Positions 50,837 to 64,000 of a stretch of 64,000 bases of DNA are shown here, one piece after another. The DNA lies in contig MU619288.1 of assembly GCA_025201805.1 (NCBI GenBank), positions 132,068 to 196,067 of the forward strand, written 5' to 3'. The position numbers and the translations under genes are program-made. The notes below the pieces were generated by a model. It had not been told where the DNA came from and ran no database searches. It was given only the letters and a program-made list of their open reading frames with translations. Origin of the DNA: Parasitella parasitica NRRL 2501 (Eukaryota > Fungi > Mucoromycota). Position 1 is the stretch's first letter. Each line of letters starts with the position of its first letter.

Positions 50837-51859
50837 ATGTTGACAAAGCATTTCAAATTTTCGTTTGTTGGCAAAGCCAAAAAACATGGCTCAAAGAGCC
50901 CTGATTTCATGTCACATTTACCGCAGGAATTGTTGCAGTGTATCTATCAACATCTCGACGCTCAAGACATTCACGCTTTCAACCAAACATGCCGCTCTTT
51001 CCATAGAGTAGGAATGCAGCCATCATCCAAAGCGGCTTGGATAGTGACTCAAAACGGCGTAAGATTTGCTCTCTATTATGCATTGCTTGCTGTACCTCAA
51101 CACTGTCATGGCGATTTCCTGCACATGTTGTTTAGTCGAGGGGCTGTTGTACCACGCCATGTGTTGCAGCGCTTAATCCAGGTCTACCTAAAACCTATCG
51201 AAAAACGTCGTCGTCGCTCTAGTTTTGATACATTTGATTTGGACACTTTCTTTGCTCAGCAGGTACAGTCGTTGTCATTTGATGGCTATGCAACTATCCT
51301 TCAAAGGGGCCACCAGCTTTACGGCAATGATTTTGATTTGCAAGCAAACTATCATGACCCCATTTCCATCTCTTTAAATACTACGTGGTATTTCCCTGCC
51401 CCTGCTCCTGCTGACACCAATTTGAGACCATTACTAAAACTGGCTCAAACGGAGCCCACCAAATTTGCTCTGGTGAATCCCGTGTTTACCTTTGATCCAG
51501 TTGCACGCGCATCGCTTTGGGAAGCTACCCTGTTGATCTTATTCGACGAGGCTTTCAGAACTACTCCCCTTACTCCAGACAGACAGGCTCAATTACTCAG
51601 TTTGCCATTGTCCAGTCAAGTGCGCTTGGTTGGCGGCTTGACAGATCAACAGTTATTTTGTCAGGTGTTTGCTAATTTTTTCACCAAATATCCCATTGGC
51701 TACTGTCCATCAAGAACCATGTGCAAACTACTGGAACTTCTCTGGCAATACGTGAAACCCTCCTTCAACATTGACGTTGCGCTAGAACATATGGTTCATG
51801 CAAATCTAGGTCGCTCTGATACTATTGATTCCGTTGACAAATTTTTAAAGCAAAAGTAA
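50837..51859 (+). CDS. F-box protein, single exon (alternative start 50909)
   Basis: LPQELLQCIYQHLDAQDIHAFNQTCRSFH F-box pattern in a long open ORF. Confidence 0.75.
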   Translation: MLTKHFKFSFVGKAKKHGSKSPDFMSHLPQELLQCIYQHLDAQDIHAFNQTCRSFHRVGMQPSSKAAWIVTQNGVRFALYYALLAVPQHCHGDFLHMLFSRGAVVPRHVLQRLIQVYLKPIEKRRRRSSFDTFDLDTFFAQQVQSLSFDGYATILQRGHQLYGNDFDLQANYHDPISISLNTTWYFPAPAPADTNLRPLLKLAQTEPTKFALVNPVFTFDPVARASLWEATLLILFDEAFRTTPLTPDRQAQLLSLPLSSQVRLVGGLTDQQLFCQVFANFFTKYPIGYCPSRTMCKLLELLWQYVKPSFNIDVALEHMVHANLGRSDTIDSVDKFLKQK

Positions 51860-51982
51860 ACAGATTTCGTTATACCCGCCTCTCTCCCTCACTCCCGATT
51901 TGTAATATAGCTATTTTTAAAAAAAAAAAAAAAAAAAAACCACACACACAGATATACACACATACACACACACTTGCTCTTT

Positions 51983-53600
51983 TTATTCCTCGTCTTCTGG
52001 ATCCGCATCATCTTCTACTACAAGTGCAGCGCTTGGCCATAAGCTTTTGATATCAATTAGTTTTTGTTGAGATGGCGGTAATTCCATTCGAGGATATGGA
52101 GTGTGCATTGTGAATTTATAAGCATGCGCATAGTCGCTTGGTGCCTCTACTTTTTCCTCCGCACAAGATCCATGCTCCTTCACCAACGGGTAAACCTCCA
52201 CAAATTGATATAAATCATCCACTGTTGCATTTTGGTCAAACTGACGGATAACTCTATCACCATCAGCCAAACGGAAGTTTAATCTAGCACAGTCTGATGT
52301 TGGTTCCTGTGGTAGATGAGAAAAGAGGTAGCGAATGTACTGTTGGCGCTTTTGTTCTTGTAATTCTGCCAATTGTTGCTGACGTATCTTCTCCTGCTCC
52401 ACTTCTTGCTGGCGTTGCTTTTCTTCTTCCACCAAGCGGGCCTTTTCCCGATCTTGTTTAAGAGATTCATTGAAAGCTGCATCCTGATCCACTATCAATT
52501 GACGCTCCATTTCACGATGTTGACGTTCATTCAAGAGTCGGTTTATGACAGCTCCATGGCGATCCATGGCTATATCAATCTGGCTAATGAGTTCCTCGGG
52601 ATGACATGTGCCTTCAATGCGTTCAATTACTGCCATTCTGGGTGCAGTGGTACCTTGAAGCGCAATCAATGCCATGAAGGGGTATGTAGAGGCGTTCAAT
52701 GTATTGCTGACTTTGTGTGCCTCGGCTTCACGAACGTTGCCAGCCCAAACAATAATCTTTTTGTCGCGGATGAAATTGACAAGACGCTCTGCGGTAAGTG
52801 TGTGTCTAAATTCAACGCAAAAATCAGCCAAAACTATCCACCCTGTTGTGTGATATATTGACAATTTTTTTTTTTTTTTTTTTTTTTTTTATTTTTACCT
52901 GCAGAATGTGTCTGTGTCGTCATGATCATCACTGTGTAAGAATACCATCATGAACCTTAAATCCTTGCGGGCCTTCTCTAACGCTTGAGAATAGCCTCCT
53001 CTAAAGAACTCGACATGATCTGAGCCATAATTCTGTTCAAACGCTTCTATAAACTCTACAGCCAGTACACGAGGGTCACGTTTCCTTTCTTGGATAGCAG
53101 GACGAGCCATTATGATGCGAGCTATGTTGGTATCAGAAAATATGTAAATAAAAGACGGGTGTGGAAACATTGACAATTTGTGTACATTACATGCAAGCGA
53201 CAATATTGACCAAGTGATGTTCCAAGCCATGCCAAAAGGCCATAGCAAGATAGAGAGCAATAATGATGGCCTCTTTCTAGTAGACGAACTTGCAGATGTT
53301 GCTGTCGAGCGTACTCCCGCAGCAGGCACAGTGTTGGCAACCTCCTGCTCCAATTCTTTACGTTTCTTTTCTTGGGAGCTGCTCTCATACACATGCTGGA
53401 TGGCTCTTTCCAAGTTCCAATCGTACTCTATCAGCTGGCCTAGCGCTTCCTCCAAGTCTTGTATTTGAGTGATAGTCTAGATTGGGTCGTTCTATATTAG
53501 TATGAATAGGGCCTTATTGCGGCATTCAGTGCTACAAACATACCTGATACTGGTTCAGTTTGTCTCGCTGTTCAGCGTTCAATGTATCTAGAGATACCAT
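51983..53600 (-). CDS. UBA-UAS-UBX Cdc48/p97 cofactor (Ubx2/FAF2-like); 4 exons
   Basis: LIEYDWNLERAI (UBA-like); hydrophobic hairpin LLSILLWPF; UAS FFRGGYSQAL..YPF; coiled coil QDAAFNESL; UBX FRLADGDRVIRQF..YPR. Confidence 0.9.
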
Positions 53601-53840
53601 AGTGTGTACGTATATGTTTGCTGGACAAAAGGAAGAGGAAGAAAAGGAGAGTTTTGTAATCCGTGTAGATTTATAATGCCACGCATACTCAAGGCCAATT
53701 ACAGATGTGCTACATACCAAGAGAATCTATGAGCAGAAGGAAACGTCATCTCCCAGATTCTTGCAAATTCAAAACTCCCTCTCCCCCTCTTCGCCTGCTA
53801 CTACACTTGAAAATTTTTAATATTCTTGGATAACCTCAAC

Positions 53841-54301
53841 ATGGCCGAAGTAAAAGCTCCATCTGCAAACATTGGCTCTGTTGAAGAACCTCTTGATCTT
53901 GTTCGACTTTCGTTGGATGAACGTGTCTATGTCAAATTAAGAGGTGATCGTGAATTACGCGGAAAATTGAATGTAAGTCGAGCCATGCTTTGTCTCTTAA
54001 TAATGTGAATCCAACCTTTCTCAAGGCTTATGATGGTCATTTGAATATGGTCCTTGGCAACGTGGAAGAAACAATCACCATCGTAGATATCAATGAAGAA
54101 ACGTTGGAGGAAGTGATTAGAGTAGGTGCTTGCATTTCAAAATACCGTCTTTTTAGTTTAACAAATACTAGACTGTCAAGAGAAATTTCGACATGCTTTT
54201 TGTTCGTGGTGATGGTGTCATTTTGGTAAGTTTTGCTATATATCAAATGTTAGGATAGTGCTAATTGATTTACGTAGGTTTCTCCCCCCTCAAGAGCATA
54301 A
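53841..54301 (+). CDS. LSM3: U6 snRNA-associated Sm-like protein LSm3; 4 exons
   Basis: [55 protein letters not shown]. Confidence 0.96.
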
Positions 54302-55153
54302 AAAATCACAATTCTCAATTCTCAATTCCAAACCCACAGCAACATCACATGTATATTTATCAATCTGAATACACATTGAAGAAACAAACCATAACACACT
54401 ACCTACAGCAACCATAATATACGCGTTTTGTATTTTTCCTTCGTACATAAAAAGAAAAAAAAAACAAAACTATATACAGACATACTCAAATACAATCAAA
54501 TTTTGGCTTTCTATTTGAAGAAATGTGATGAAAAATGCCATTTCACATAGAGTTGGGGGAGGGGAAGGGGGCGTATTGGAAGAGAAGAGGATGCCAACAG
54601 AGGAGCATTGGCAGAGAAAATAGGTTTTAGAAGGCTGCACTGCAATAAAATCTGTTTAAATGGAGATTATCCTGCATTAGCATTCTTGCAGCGAATGAAT
54701 CGAGTTCCACTTCTTTGGACTGGAAACTAACAAGTTTTAGAATGTTACATACCTTCATATGGCCACTGATGTGGTCAACGATGGAAAATAGAATGTCAAT
54801 AAACATCAATACCTACAGGCATATTTGAAAAGCTGTTTGATTACATTGTGGAGAACTATCGCTATATGTAGAATTTTTCCATTATTCAATTAAGAGCTTA
54901 CATAATGAGCTCTGTCTATTAATCATCCAGCTACTGCTGAAACTAACATTGAAACTTTGCTCTGCATAGTAATCTCAGATTTATAAAATGCTATATTGAG
55001 TCAACTTTTTGCGCTATATTTTTTCTCATGAAATATGTGAATGTACATTAGTATCAAATAATGTGTACAATGGACTGCAAAATTCTTCGCATCGTCTGTT
55101 ACTAAGAGCCATATCTTGAGTAACTGCTTGGGAGAATTGGCAACAAGTTTTAG

Positions 55154-56374
55154 CAAGCGGCTACTTGATGCTACTTGATGTTCGTTCATCTCTCAAAAAT
55201 TTAGACGAGACCTTGACAGACATAGCAATAAACTTAGTACAATTGCCATTATTGTCATCATATTATCGCGCTGGTAAATGAGATCGACAGAACGCGTTTG
55301 GGGCTTTTTGAGTAATTATCAGTTGTACTGAAGTTATATTAGTAGCAGAAAAATACTCATCTGATGTTGGCATGCGCTAGAAATATCTGGATCAGCTTAT
55401 AGATCTATTCTACTATGAGATATGACCGAGAGCTAGCTCTTAAAATCCCAAAATATGCTAAAAACGTCGACTTTGAGCTTCGATATAGGCCGCTACAGCC
55501 ATGCTCTCCGCTTCAGACCAAGTGGGAATCAATGCTGGCATATAGGGAATTGTCCCTGGACCCATAGCTCAATTTTTTTTTTCACTTTGCAAATCGATGA
55601 AATTTACCCATTTTTTGCCTATACTACCACATCCAGATTTGTCAAAACTGCCTTATCCTCGATTTTGAACGCAAAAACGACATTTTTTACTATGGCAAGT
55701 ATTAGACGAAAATGACCGTGAAAGGTTACTCTTTGACTGGAAAGAGTAAAAATGCGCCCCAAATTAGCTTATAATTTAGCTTTCCTGTCAAATCTGCTTT
55801 TGAGGTTTTCTGTAGTATGCTTGTTCAAAAATGTTAGGAGAGTTACAAAACTAATACCGTCGTATAGAGCATCCAAAAACACATTAATCATAATAGACTG
55901 GCACGGGTGGTATACATAGTATTACAGGGAGATATCTTATCCCAAAAGAGTAAAAATATCTTCGATTGATCCAAATCGAGTTCCAGAAAGAAATGTCTTC
56001 TTTGTCGCAATTTACACTCCGCTTTCAGAAGAAACTTCGTTTATATCACTTTTGGGACAAAAGAATCAGTTTTGCAAAGCTATAATGCTTTCAAATCAAA
56101 TTTAAAACAATTAAAATAAGTTGAAGTAAATTAATGTGTTTCTTAGCTTTCTAATGATGGCACTTTTATGTCTGTACCTTACCTAACCGTTGCACGCTCC
56201 GATTTTGAAATTTTCTTGTTTGAAAGAATAGCTGCCTTCATCAGATGCCATTTAGTCAGTGCGAAAATCTGCTCTAAACTGTGCAAATTATGATATCGTA
56301 TGACACTTCATGGCTTGATGTATTAATTAGAAGTACTGGATCTTTTGTTTGAGAGAATTAAATAGTGTTCTCTA
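55154..56374. repeat. ~1.2-kb dispersed repeat, copy 2
   Basis: Direct match to 17454-18634. Confidence 0.95.
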
Positions 56375-56811
56375 GTGGTTTTTGTCTTTTTTTGACAACA
56401 GCACACCAAAAACCAATTTACCATATTGCATTCATGTTAAATAGGAACAACAGTATCAACTGACACCACTGACTCCATTGACAATTATGCATCATACCAT
56501 ATGAGTTTAGAAGCTCGAGTGCCCTCAAGGTGTGCGCCAAGTATTACTCATCCCAAATAGACAATACATGGTTTAGGCGAATACCCTATCAAAAGCGCCA
56601 ATTGGCATTTAGTAACACTGTTCACACACACACGCATAAGCTTTTTTTATCCATAATTTGCAGTTGAAGTGGTTGACACGTGCTTTTTCTTTTTTTTTTC
56701 TTTTTAGATTTGGGCGTATATATAATTTACCACTTTATTATTACAAGCAAGATCCTCTTTTTTCATTCCTTTTCCGTACATCAACAAATAATTAAAAGAA
56801 AACAAAAAAAA

Positions 56812-58719
56812 ATGGCAGAATTACAATACACGACGTTTGATAGTATACAAGATCACGTCAGCCATGTTCATCAAATCTTCAACACTGGCAAGCCTCGTGA
56901 TATCAAATGGCGCAAGTTTCAATTGCAGCGTTTATACGACATGATCGCTGAAAACGAGGAGAGATTCTATGAAACCTTGGCAAAGGATATGAACAAACCT
57001 CGCAGTGAAGCGATGGGTGGCGACATAGCCCCTGTGCTCGACGAATGTGTCTACTTTCTGGATGTAAGTCAACCATACTATGTCGTATAAAACGCAGTTT
57101 GAATGATTCAACTCGGTTTTTTCTAGAACTTGGATGAATTAATCAAGGATCAAAAGGTCAAGCCTAGATCAGGCATTAATGCCATGGAGAAGGTCATAAT
57201 TCGAAAGGATCCTTTGGGCGTAGTTCTCATCTTGGGCAGCTGGAACTATCCTGTTCAGGTGCGTATCCTTTTTTTTTTCTGATGTGAGCATGCGATAAAC
57301 TGATAGTTTCTCTCTCTTTCTCTCCCTCGTTTTGTGTCAATAGCTTCTTTTAGTACCTTTTGCTGGTGCCATTGCAGCTGGTAACTCTGTTATTCTCAAG
57401 GTAAATTGTAATAAGGCGCCAAATAGTCAATAACGTAACGTCCTCCATGCATAGCTTTCCGAAGTTGCGTCTCATACTGCTGCTCTCATCACCGAGATCT
57501 TCCCTAAATACATGGACACTAGCTGTTATCGCATTGTCAACGGTGGTGTCGAAGAAACCACATTCCTGCTCAAGGAAAAATTCAATCACATCTTTTATAC
57601 GGGTAATGAGAATGTGGCCAAGATTGTCTTGACCGCTGCTGCCAAACATTTGACTCCAGTGACACTGGAGTTGGGTGGTAAATCGTAAGTGTGCTGACTA
57701 CCGTTGCTTGTTGGAATTCTAATAAACTTTTTTTTTGTCAAGTCCGGCTGTCATTGCCCCTGATGCAGACATTCAATTGACCGCCAATCGCATTGCCTTT
57801 GGTAAATTTTTCAACGCTGGTCAGATCTGTATTGCTGTAGACTATGTTTTGTGTCCTAGAAGCAAAGTGAGCGAGTTTGTTAAGGCTCTCAAGCAAACAT
57901 TGCAACAATTCTACGGTGATCGTCCACAAGAATCAAAGGATTACGCTCGCATCGTTAATGATCGCCACGTAGAGCGCATCTCGGCCTTGCTAAACAACCG
58001 TACTAGTGGGGAGGTTGCGATTGGCGGCGAGATTGTCAAGAAGGAACGCTACATTGCTCCTACAGTCGTTGTAAATGTGCAGCCTGACGACGCTACTTTG
58101 ATGAACAGCGAAATTTTTGGCCCCGTTTTGCCTATCGTGGCCTACAACGACATTGAAGAAGCGATTGGCATCATTAATCGACACGAGCCACCTCTTGCTT
58201 TGTACCTATTTTCAAAGGATCAAAAACTTGTTGATAAAGGTAAAATAGTTTTTCCAAGCTCGCATTCAGTGACAACGAGCAGTGGCTAAATTAAGTTTGC
58301 AGTGTTGAGGAATACTCCATCAGGTGGTGTCTGTGTCAATGATTGTTTAATGCACCAAGCTGGTAAATACCCATATTTGTTTGAACGAAGGCTTTGCTTT
58401 TTGACAGTAAAAAATTTCATTTCTATAAATAGAGTATGGTATTCCATTTGGTGGTGTAGGTGCCTCTGGCATGGGTAACTATCATGGGGCTAAATCAATC
58501 GCTACATTCACGCATGAAAGAAGTATGTTGGTCAAGAAGCAAAAGATGGAGGGCGCTATTGCTGTAAGATATCCACCTTACACTGATCGTAAGCACCATC
58601 TTTTGAGATTTATCATGGTGAAGCATCCTCTCATGCTGAAGCTTAAATCATACCGTCAGCCACTCAAGCTATTATTTGCTATTATTGCCTTGCTGGCCTT
58701 TTATTTAAAAAGGAAATAG
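56812..58719 (+). CDS. ALDH3-family (fatty) aldehyde dehydrogenase with C-terminal membrane anchor (Hfd1-like); multi-exon
   Basis: [30 protein letters not shown] (catalytic Cys), EIFGP, PFGGVG; tail [16 protein letters not shown]. Confidence 0.93.
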
Positions 58720-59238
58720 TCTATTTAATTACTATCATTGCACAGTTATAATATTCGGAATGATATTCTAAAAATTTGAACGAGATAATTCGATTGCTTT
58801 TGTTCCTAGTTATTAGGATATGTCACCATCATATAACATGAAGGCTTAATAAATTAATTTGGTTTGAATACGAGACATTCTGCATTTTGGCATTTTGCCT
58901 ACTTCTTCGATTTCAAATATCTTTAAGCCGTCCGTACTTTTATCAAGGATGTGTACATCTAAATTCTCGTGTTTAAAGAATTTTCAAATGTTCTACGATT
59001 TGCTCTGTATGTGCTTTACGAACATTTCATTTAGATGATCGACTCTTATATTTTTGATGTGCATTTAGAAATCGGGCGGGGGGGTGCATCGACGCATGTA
59101 TTTCCTTTTTTTGATCAGCTTGTACGTTATCGCAATGACGTTTTTTCACACGAGTTTAAAGCCCAGTATCAGTTATAAAAAGGACCTGAAATCGAACTAA
59201 TAAAAAAACAGCATTTCTTTCTGGTATCTCTTATTAAA

Positions 59239-60174
59239 ATGACCTCGCAACACAAATTCTTGCAATCTAAATCTGTATCTGTTGTTGGTGTTCCATTTAA
59301 TGGCGGCCAACCTCGCACTGGCGTCGAAGAAGGGCCTATTCGTCTTGTTGAATTTGGTTTGTTGGAGCAATTTAAAGAAATGGGCTATGAAATTGAATAC
59401 GAACCAAATGAAAATATCACTGAACTGCGTCCCGCTGAAGATCCCGATACTCTTAATTTGAAGCAACCTAAATACGTCTCTGCTGTTACTAAAACTGTAT
59501 CAAAGCAAATCCTCAAAAGAGCTCAAGAGGGTAAGTTTGTATTGACGTTGGGTGGAGATCATTCTGTGGCGCTGGCCACGGTGTCTGGTGTTTTCGGCGC
59601 CTATCCTGATGCTTGTCTTATCTGGGTGGATGCACATGCCGATATCAATACGCCTGCTAGCACTGATTCTGGCAACATCCATGGCTGTCCATTGAGTTTC
59701 TTGACAGGCATTGCTGCCCGTCACCCTGATTTTGATTGGGTTCAACCTCTACTCAAGACTAACCGTCTTGTCTACATTGGTTTACGCGATGTTGACGAAG
59801 CCGAAAAGAAGATCGTTAAAGATTCGGGCATCAAAGCTTTTTCCATGCACCATGTAGATAAGTTTGGCATTGGACAAGTTGTTGAAATGGCTTTGAACCA
59901 TGTTAACCCTAATCGTGATTTACCAATTCATTTGTCATTCGATGTCGATGCTTTGGATCCTTCAGTTGCACCTAGCACCGGTACTCCTGTACGTGGCGGC
60001 TTGACTTTCCGTGAGGGCCATTACATTTGCGAAGCTATTGCAGAGACTGGTTTATTGGTGGCTGCAGACATCATGGAAGTAAATCCTGCCTTGGAAGATA
60101 CAGACTCCGTATTTCAAACGGTACAAGTAGGTTGCTCTCTTGCTCGTTGTTGTTTAGGCGAAGCTTTACTGTAA
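59239..60174 (+). CDS. CAR1: Arginase, intronless
   Basis: GGDHS, DAHADINTP, SGNIHGCP, SFDVDALDP, STGTPVRGGL, EVNP. Confidence 0.97.
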   Translation: MTSQHKFLQSKSVSVVGVPFNGGQPRTGVEEGPIRLVEFGLLEQFKEMGYEIEYEPNENITELRPAEDPDTLNLKQPKYVSAVTKTVSKQILKRAQEGKFVLTLGGDHSVALATVSGVFGAYPDACLIWVDAHADINTPASTDSGNIHGCPLSFLTGIAARHPDFDWVQPLLKTNRLVYIGLRDVDEAEKKIVKDSGIKAFSMHHVDKFGIGQVVEMALNHVNPNRDLPIHLSFDVDALDPSVAPSTGTPVRGGLTFREGHYICEAIAETGLLVAADIMEVNPALEDTDSVFQTVQVGCSLARCCLGEALL

Positions 60175-60559
60175 ATAACATAGTTTATCTTGATATCCCC
60201 CCCCCCCTTTTTTTTTCCTATTTGGAAAGAGCCCTTCTCCTCTTTTTTTTTATGATAAAATTGTGCTTCCGCCCCAGTTTTTTTTTGTATGATTATAGAT
60301 CAGAAAAAGGAGACTGACTTGGTCACATGTTTGAAGCTAATTAGAGCATCTCCAACGGAGATGCTAAACAAAAAGTAATTTGTGGGACTATGTTTAAGTC
60401 AAATATGTTTTAAGCTGTTGTAAAATAAAAACCAACTGTTTATTGAAATTAATATAAGAATAGAAAAGTATGATTGTTTAAATATTACCAAAGTCTATTC
60501 TGAGCAATGTTGGTTATAAGTAAAAGTGGTTAGAGATTGGAGGAAAAGGGAAGCCTCTA

Positions 60560-61700
60560 CTCTCAATTTTTTTTATCATTGGATTCAGCTCATAGATATT
60601 GCTGTGATCCATTAAGAGATAAATACCAATAAAACTTTCGTCAATGTCTATGATATCAAAAAGCTCATTCATGAATTTTACGAAATGGGCAGTAGTTGTA
60701 ACCTCTGCTACTGGCTTGTTGTTCCTGATGGCAGTACTCTCCTCAATATCAACGTACTCTATACTGAGCCCTTCAATAATAATGTCGCCTGCTCTTTGCT
60801 CTTTGCCTCCTGCGAGCTTTCTTTTTTTTTTAGGTTTTGGCTGTCTTCGATGTTTGAGTTTTTGGGCCCTTTTGCTTTTTAGGTGGTGGCTTCTTCATAA
60901 CAACATGGATAACATTGGAACATTGTAAAGCGGCAATAATGGTGTGGGATGGAGAACGAGTTTTTTCAGTTTCTACTGGGACAGGCGTTCTTACAACCAA
61001 CCTAGCCTCATTAATAAAGATGCAGTTCTCAGTGTAATCTAGATCCGAGTCTTTCCACTCGTATCTCGTTTGTAAATTATCGTCAGAATTCCTTGCCTTA
61101 GGATCAAAGGTTGGTTCCTTGATAGAAATGAGCATGTTGTTTCGCAAGTGGTGATTCATTTGAGACTTCGATATCTTAAAGTCCTCAAATTGCGATGTCA
61201 GGGAATCAAGAATGTCACCAGCACAAAAGTGGAGTCTTTTTTTACTATTAATTGAATGTGCTGCTCATGCTCAGGAGTAAATGAATTAGGTCGGCCGGGA
61301 TTTCTCTGAAACTTTTTGTAAGCTACCCCCTGGTTTCTTAGTAGTGTTTCCACCAACGCATAGCAGTGCGAGGATTTATTCCAAGATCTTTTATATGCAA
61401 AATCACTTTTCCTCTTTCCATAGGGCCCTCGATCATTCGGTTGATAAATACCTCTCTGTTTTGGTCATTGTAGTCTTTGTAGATGCTGTTGTCTATTGGT
61501 TTGACCACTTCTACAACCCTTTTCATAGTATCTTTTGCTGCAGTTTCTTCCTAGTTTGAAACTCAAGTAGGACTTTTGGCTCGTAATGGTTTCGAGTACT
61601 ACGTTTGGATCACTGATTTCAGTCAACACGCCTTTAATCGGATCGAAAACTCTCTCTCTCTCCTCATTGTAGACATTATCGTGTTCATTTTCATAAAAAA
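60560..61700 (-). mobile_element. Degenerate Tc1/mariner (IS630-Tc1) transposase
   Basis: HTH LGINPRTAMRWWKHY; ARNSDDNLQTRYEW; NCIFINEA (first catalytic Asp changed to Asn); TTTAHFVKFMNEL; YLLMDH; many frameshifts; TIRs not located. Confidence 0.8.
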
Positions 61701-62574
61701 TGTGTTTTTTATCATTTTATTCACACAAGTATTTAATAAGAAACACATTACACTTTTGATCGAATCAAGCCACAAACTAACATCTGATTAACCAGTATCC
61801 AGAGTCTTCTTTCCTACTGCTTGAGAAGCTTGAAGTGTGGCTGATAGGACTTTCTTCGTCATTTCATCACCAGTAATGCAGTTGATAATTCCAGTTAAGT
61901 GACAACTTTAGTTTTTGCGTTTTAGTTTTAATATTATCAAGCAAATCATCTTCTACTTTGTCTTCGCAGAGTTTGAGACAGTTACTCACAAAACAAGGTT
62001 GCTATATGGTATTTGATTCATGGGAGATTAGTTTCTTATTACAAGCCCCCCGAAGAATTATTCTTGTGTACTGTATATACAATCATTAAAGTGTTCTGGC
62101 TTTATTTTAGGCTTTGCAGTTCAAGAGAGAAAGGTCATATTGACGCTGATATCATGATTTAGAAATAATTTAGTTCTATATTCAAATTCGATTGAGTGTT
62201 GATCAGATGTGCATGAGCACAGATGCTTTGTCAGAAAATGCGCTTTTGAAGAGAAATACATAATCATAGAAAATCCAAGGTTACTGTTGCTGATATCCCA
62301 AGGCTCTTATATTGAAGGATCAATGCTAATGAATTGGGTGACACCATTGTCTGAGGTTACCACGATCAAGCCCTTTATATAACAGTCAAAGTTCTCCTTG
62401 CAGGAACTATTAATGAGGGTGTTATGAACAAAGATGATGCTCGCAAGCACATTAAAAAACAATCGTTAGTCCAACCTTATTTGCGTTCTAATCTTAAATA
62501 AGATACACATTACCTGTATGCATTTATCTGAAAGTAAGAGAGAAGCAGAAATCAGTGACAAGAGCAATATTAGT

Positions 62575-64000
62575 ACCCAGAACGGTAGGACCTATAGGCA
62601 GCAAGACTTGTTGGAATTAGTGCGCTCTATAGGCTGTACTGGCTGTCATAGCTCAAGGGATAAGCTATCGAGTCTGGCTTTGCTGTGCTAAGCAGGCGTT
62701 GGCTTTCCAGCCACGCTTTATTTTCAGTATATAACTAAGAATCTTGTCTCATAATCCCCTCTTTCTCCAGATCTTTTCAAGCCACGCATTCGTAGCTAAC
62801 TATGAGTAGTACTGAACAACAAGATGCCCCAGTATTTACTCAAAACCAAATTAACCAACTCTTCGAACTCGTCACCCAACAGGTCAGACAGGAAACAGAG
62901 GAACGTTACCAAGGTCGTCCATTACCTTCCTCCATCGTCGAAGAACTGGATCATTGCGCCCAAATAGACAACTTACATAAGACAGTACAAAAGTTCAGAA
63001 AGAACATTCCCAAGTATGTCAGTGAAGACTGGGTCACAGCAGAAGCCATCAGTCCCTACTTCACAAACGATCTCCGACAGCACAAAGTGGATTCTTCACA
63101 GTTCACGCAAACCATTTACAGGTATGCCGAAATTACTCGAACTCAAGCCAGAGCAGCAACAGCTCTCTGTGAAAGACTACAGTTCCTTACCACAAAATAA
63201 TTCCAACCAGACGATGTCGCAAGCGTCGCAGAAGCAGCCAACGACTTACGACAACTTGCCGTTTACGGTTTCGGATCAGCCAAGTTACAAGAAGCAGATG
63301 CCCGAGAACTCACACTCAAGGCCATCAACCTTCCACCGTCGCTTTAACACTTGGAACAACAACACCAAAGCGCTAGTGAGAAAAAAATTGCCTTCAGTGA
63401 AGAATTCTTGGAACAGTATTATGACGAAACCTTTAAACAAAAAGCTCACCTGTCAAGCAACCAATAAAGGCAAGTTCACAAACAAATCATTACCTTATAA
63501 CTACGGAAATGGAAGTCGAGGCAGAGGATTCCAGACCCACCCTTTTCGCGGCAGAGGTCGGGGAACAGGACCTCCACCACACTACAATCGTTCCTTCCTA
63601 CACAACAACAACAATCAATTAAGCGACACCAACAATCAGTAACGCTGGCGTCAATAACGACCACCACCACCAAGCCTCCACCAACACAACAGAATTATGC
63701 AATACCGGAGGATGGGATTCTTCCAGGCGGGCGCCTGTCTCACTTTGTAGACAGCTGGAAGAAGATTACCACCCATTCTTGGCCACTGTCTGTAATTCGG
63801 GATGGCTATCAACTCCAATTCATCAGCAAACCATCCCCTTGGAAGATCAGGAAGATGCATCACTCATTGTCAGAGCAACTAGCGGTAGATGCAGCGATAG
63901 CCAAGTTTGTAAAAGCGGGCATCATTTACCGTTCTCCAACCCAAGACCGGAGCTGTCTCTCCAATTTCTTCACAATCCGAGAACCCACAAAACGTCGACT
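62575..64000 (+). mobile_element. Left part of a DIRS-like (tyrosine recombinase) retrotransposon: gag-like ORF from 62802 and overlapping RT ORF running off the window
   Basis: RT N-terminus PGGRLSHFVDSWKKIT..WPLSVIRDGYQLQF..AGII..SNFFTI is typical of DIRS. Gag-like frame with RGRGRG tail is broken by TAA at 63198 and 63345 and a frameshift. GC-rich, hairpin-bearing leader; left boundary approximate. Confidence 0.8.

Noticed and set aside
56812-58719. ALDH3 as an apocarotenoid (CarD/YLO-1-type) enzyme
   Set aside because: Family membership fits, but no carotenoid genes are nearby and substrate cannot be read from the sequence.
1-64000. CRISPR array or prokaryotic operon
   Set aside because: No regularly spaced repeats; genes are spliceosomal-intron eukaryotic.

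Overview
Eukaryotic, AT-rich fungal DNA with short (about 45-130 nt) GT-AG introns. Gene content and transposon types point to a Mucorales mould (inference). Housekeeping genes: RACK1, a divergent biotin pair (bifunctional BIO3-BIO1/bioDA and BIO2), CYRI/FAM49, divergent RPL17/RPL15, a Ser/Thr-rich membrane mucin, a Ctr copper transporter, U2AF1, a class I aminotransferase, uS15m, PPX1, an F-box protein, a UBX protein, LSM3, ALDH3 and arginase, plus tRNA-Glu(CTC) and tRNA-Leu(TAG). Repeat-rich intervals hold a decayed Fanzor (eukaryotic TnpB-like RNA-guided nuclease) with a candidate omegaRNA end, a 5'-truncated LINE whose 9-bp target-site duplication spans the assembly gap, a solo LTR, a Tc1/mariner relic, the left part of a DIRS element and several local repeats. 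The strongest leads are: (1) the Fanzor relic; (2) a spliced RGS-domain::FSP1/AIF-like flavoprotein fusion; (3) an exopolyphosphatase with a spliced signal-peptide exon and a second in-frame ATG; (4) a G.U-rich 88-nt hairpin; (5) a ~125-bp repeat just downstream of both tRNA genes. All gene models and alignments were made by eye, so exon borders are approximate.
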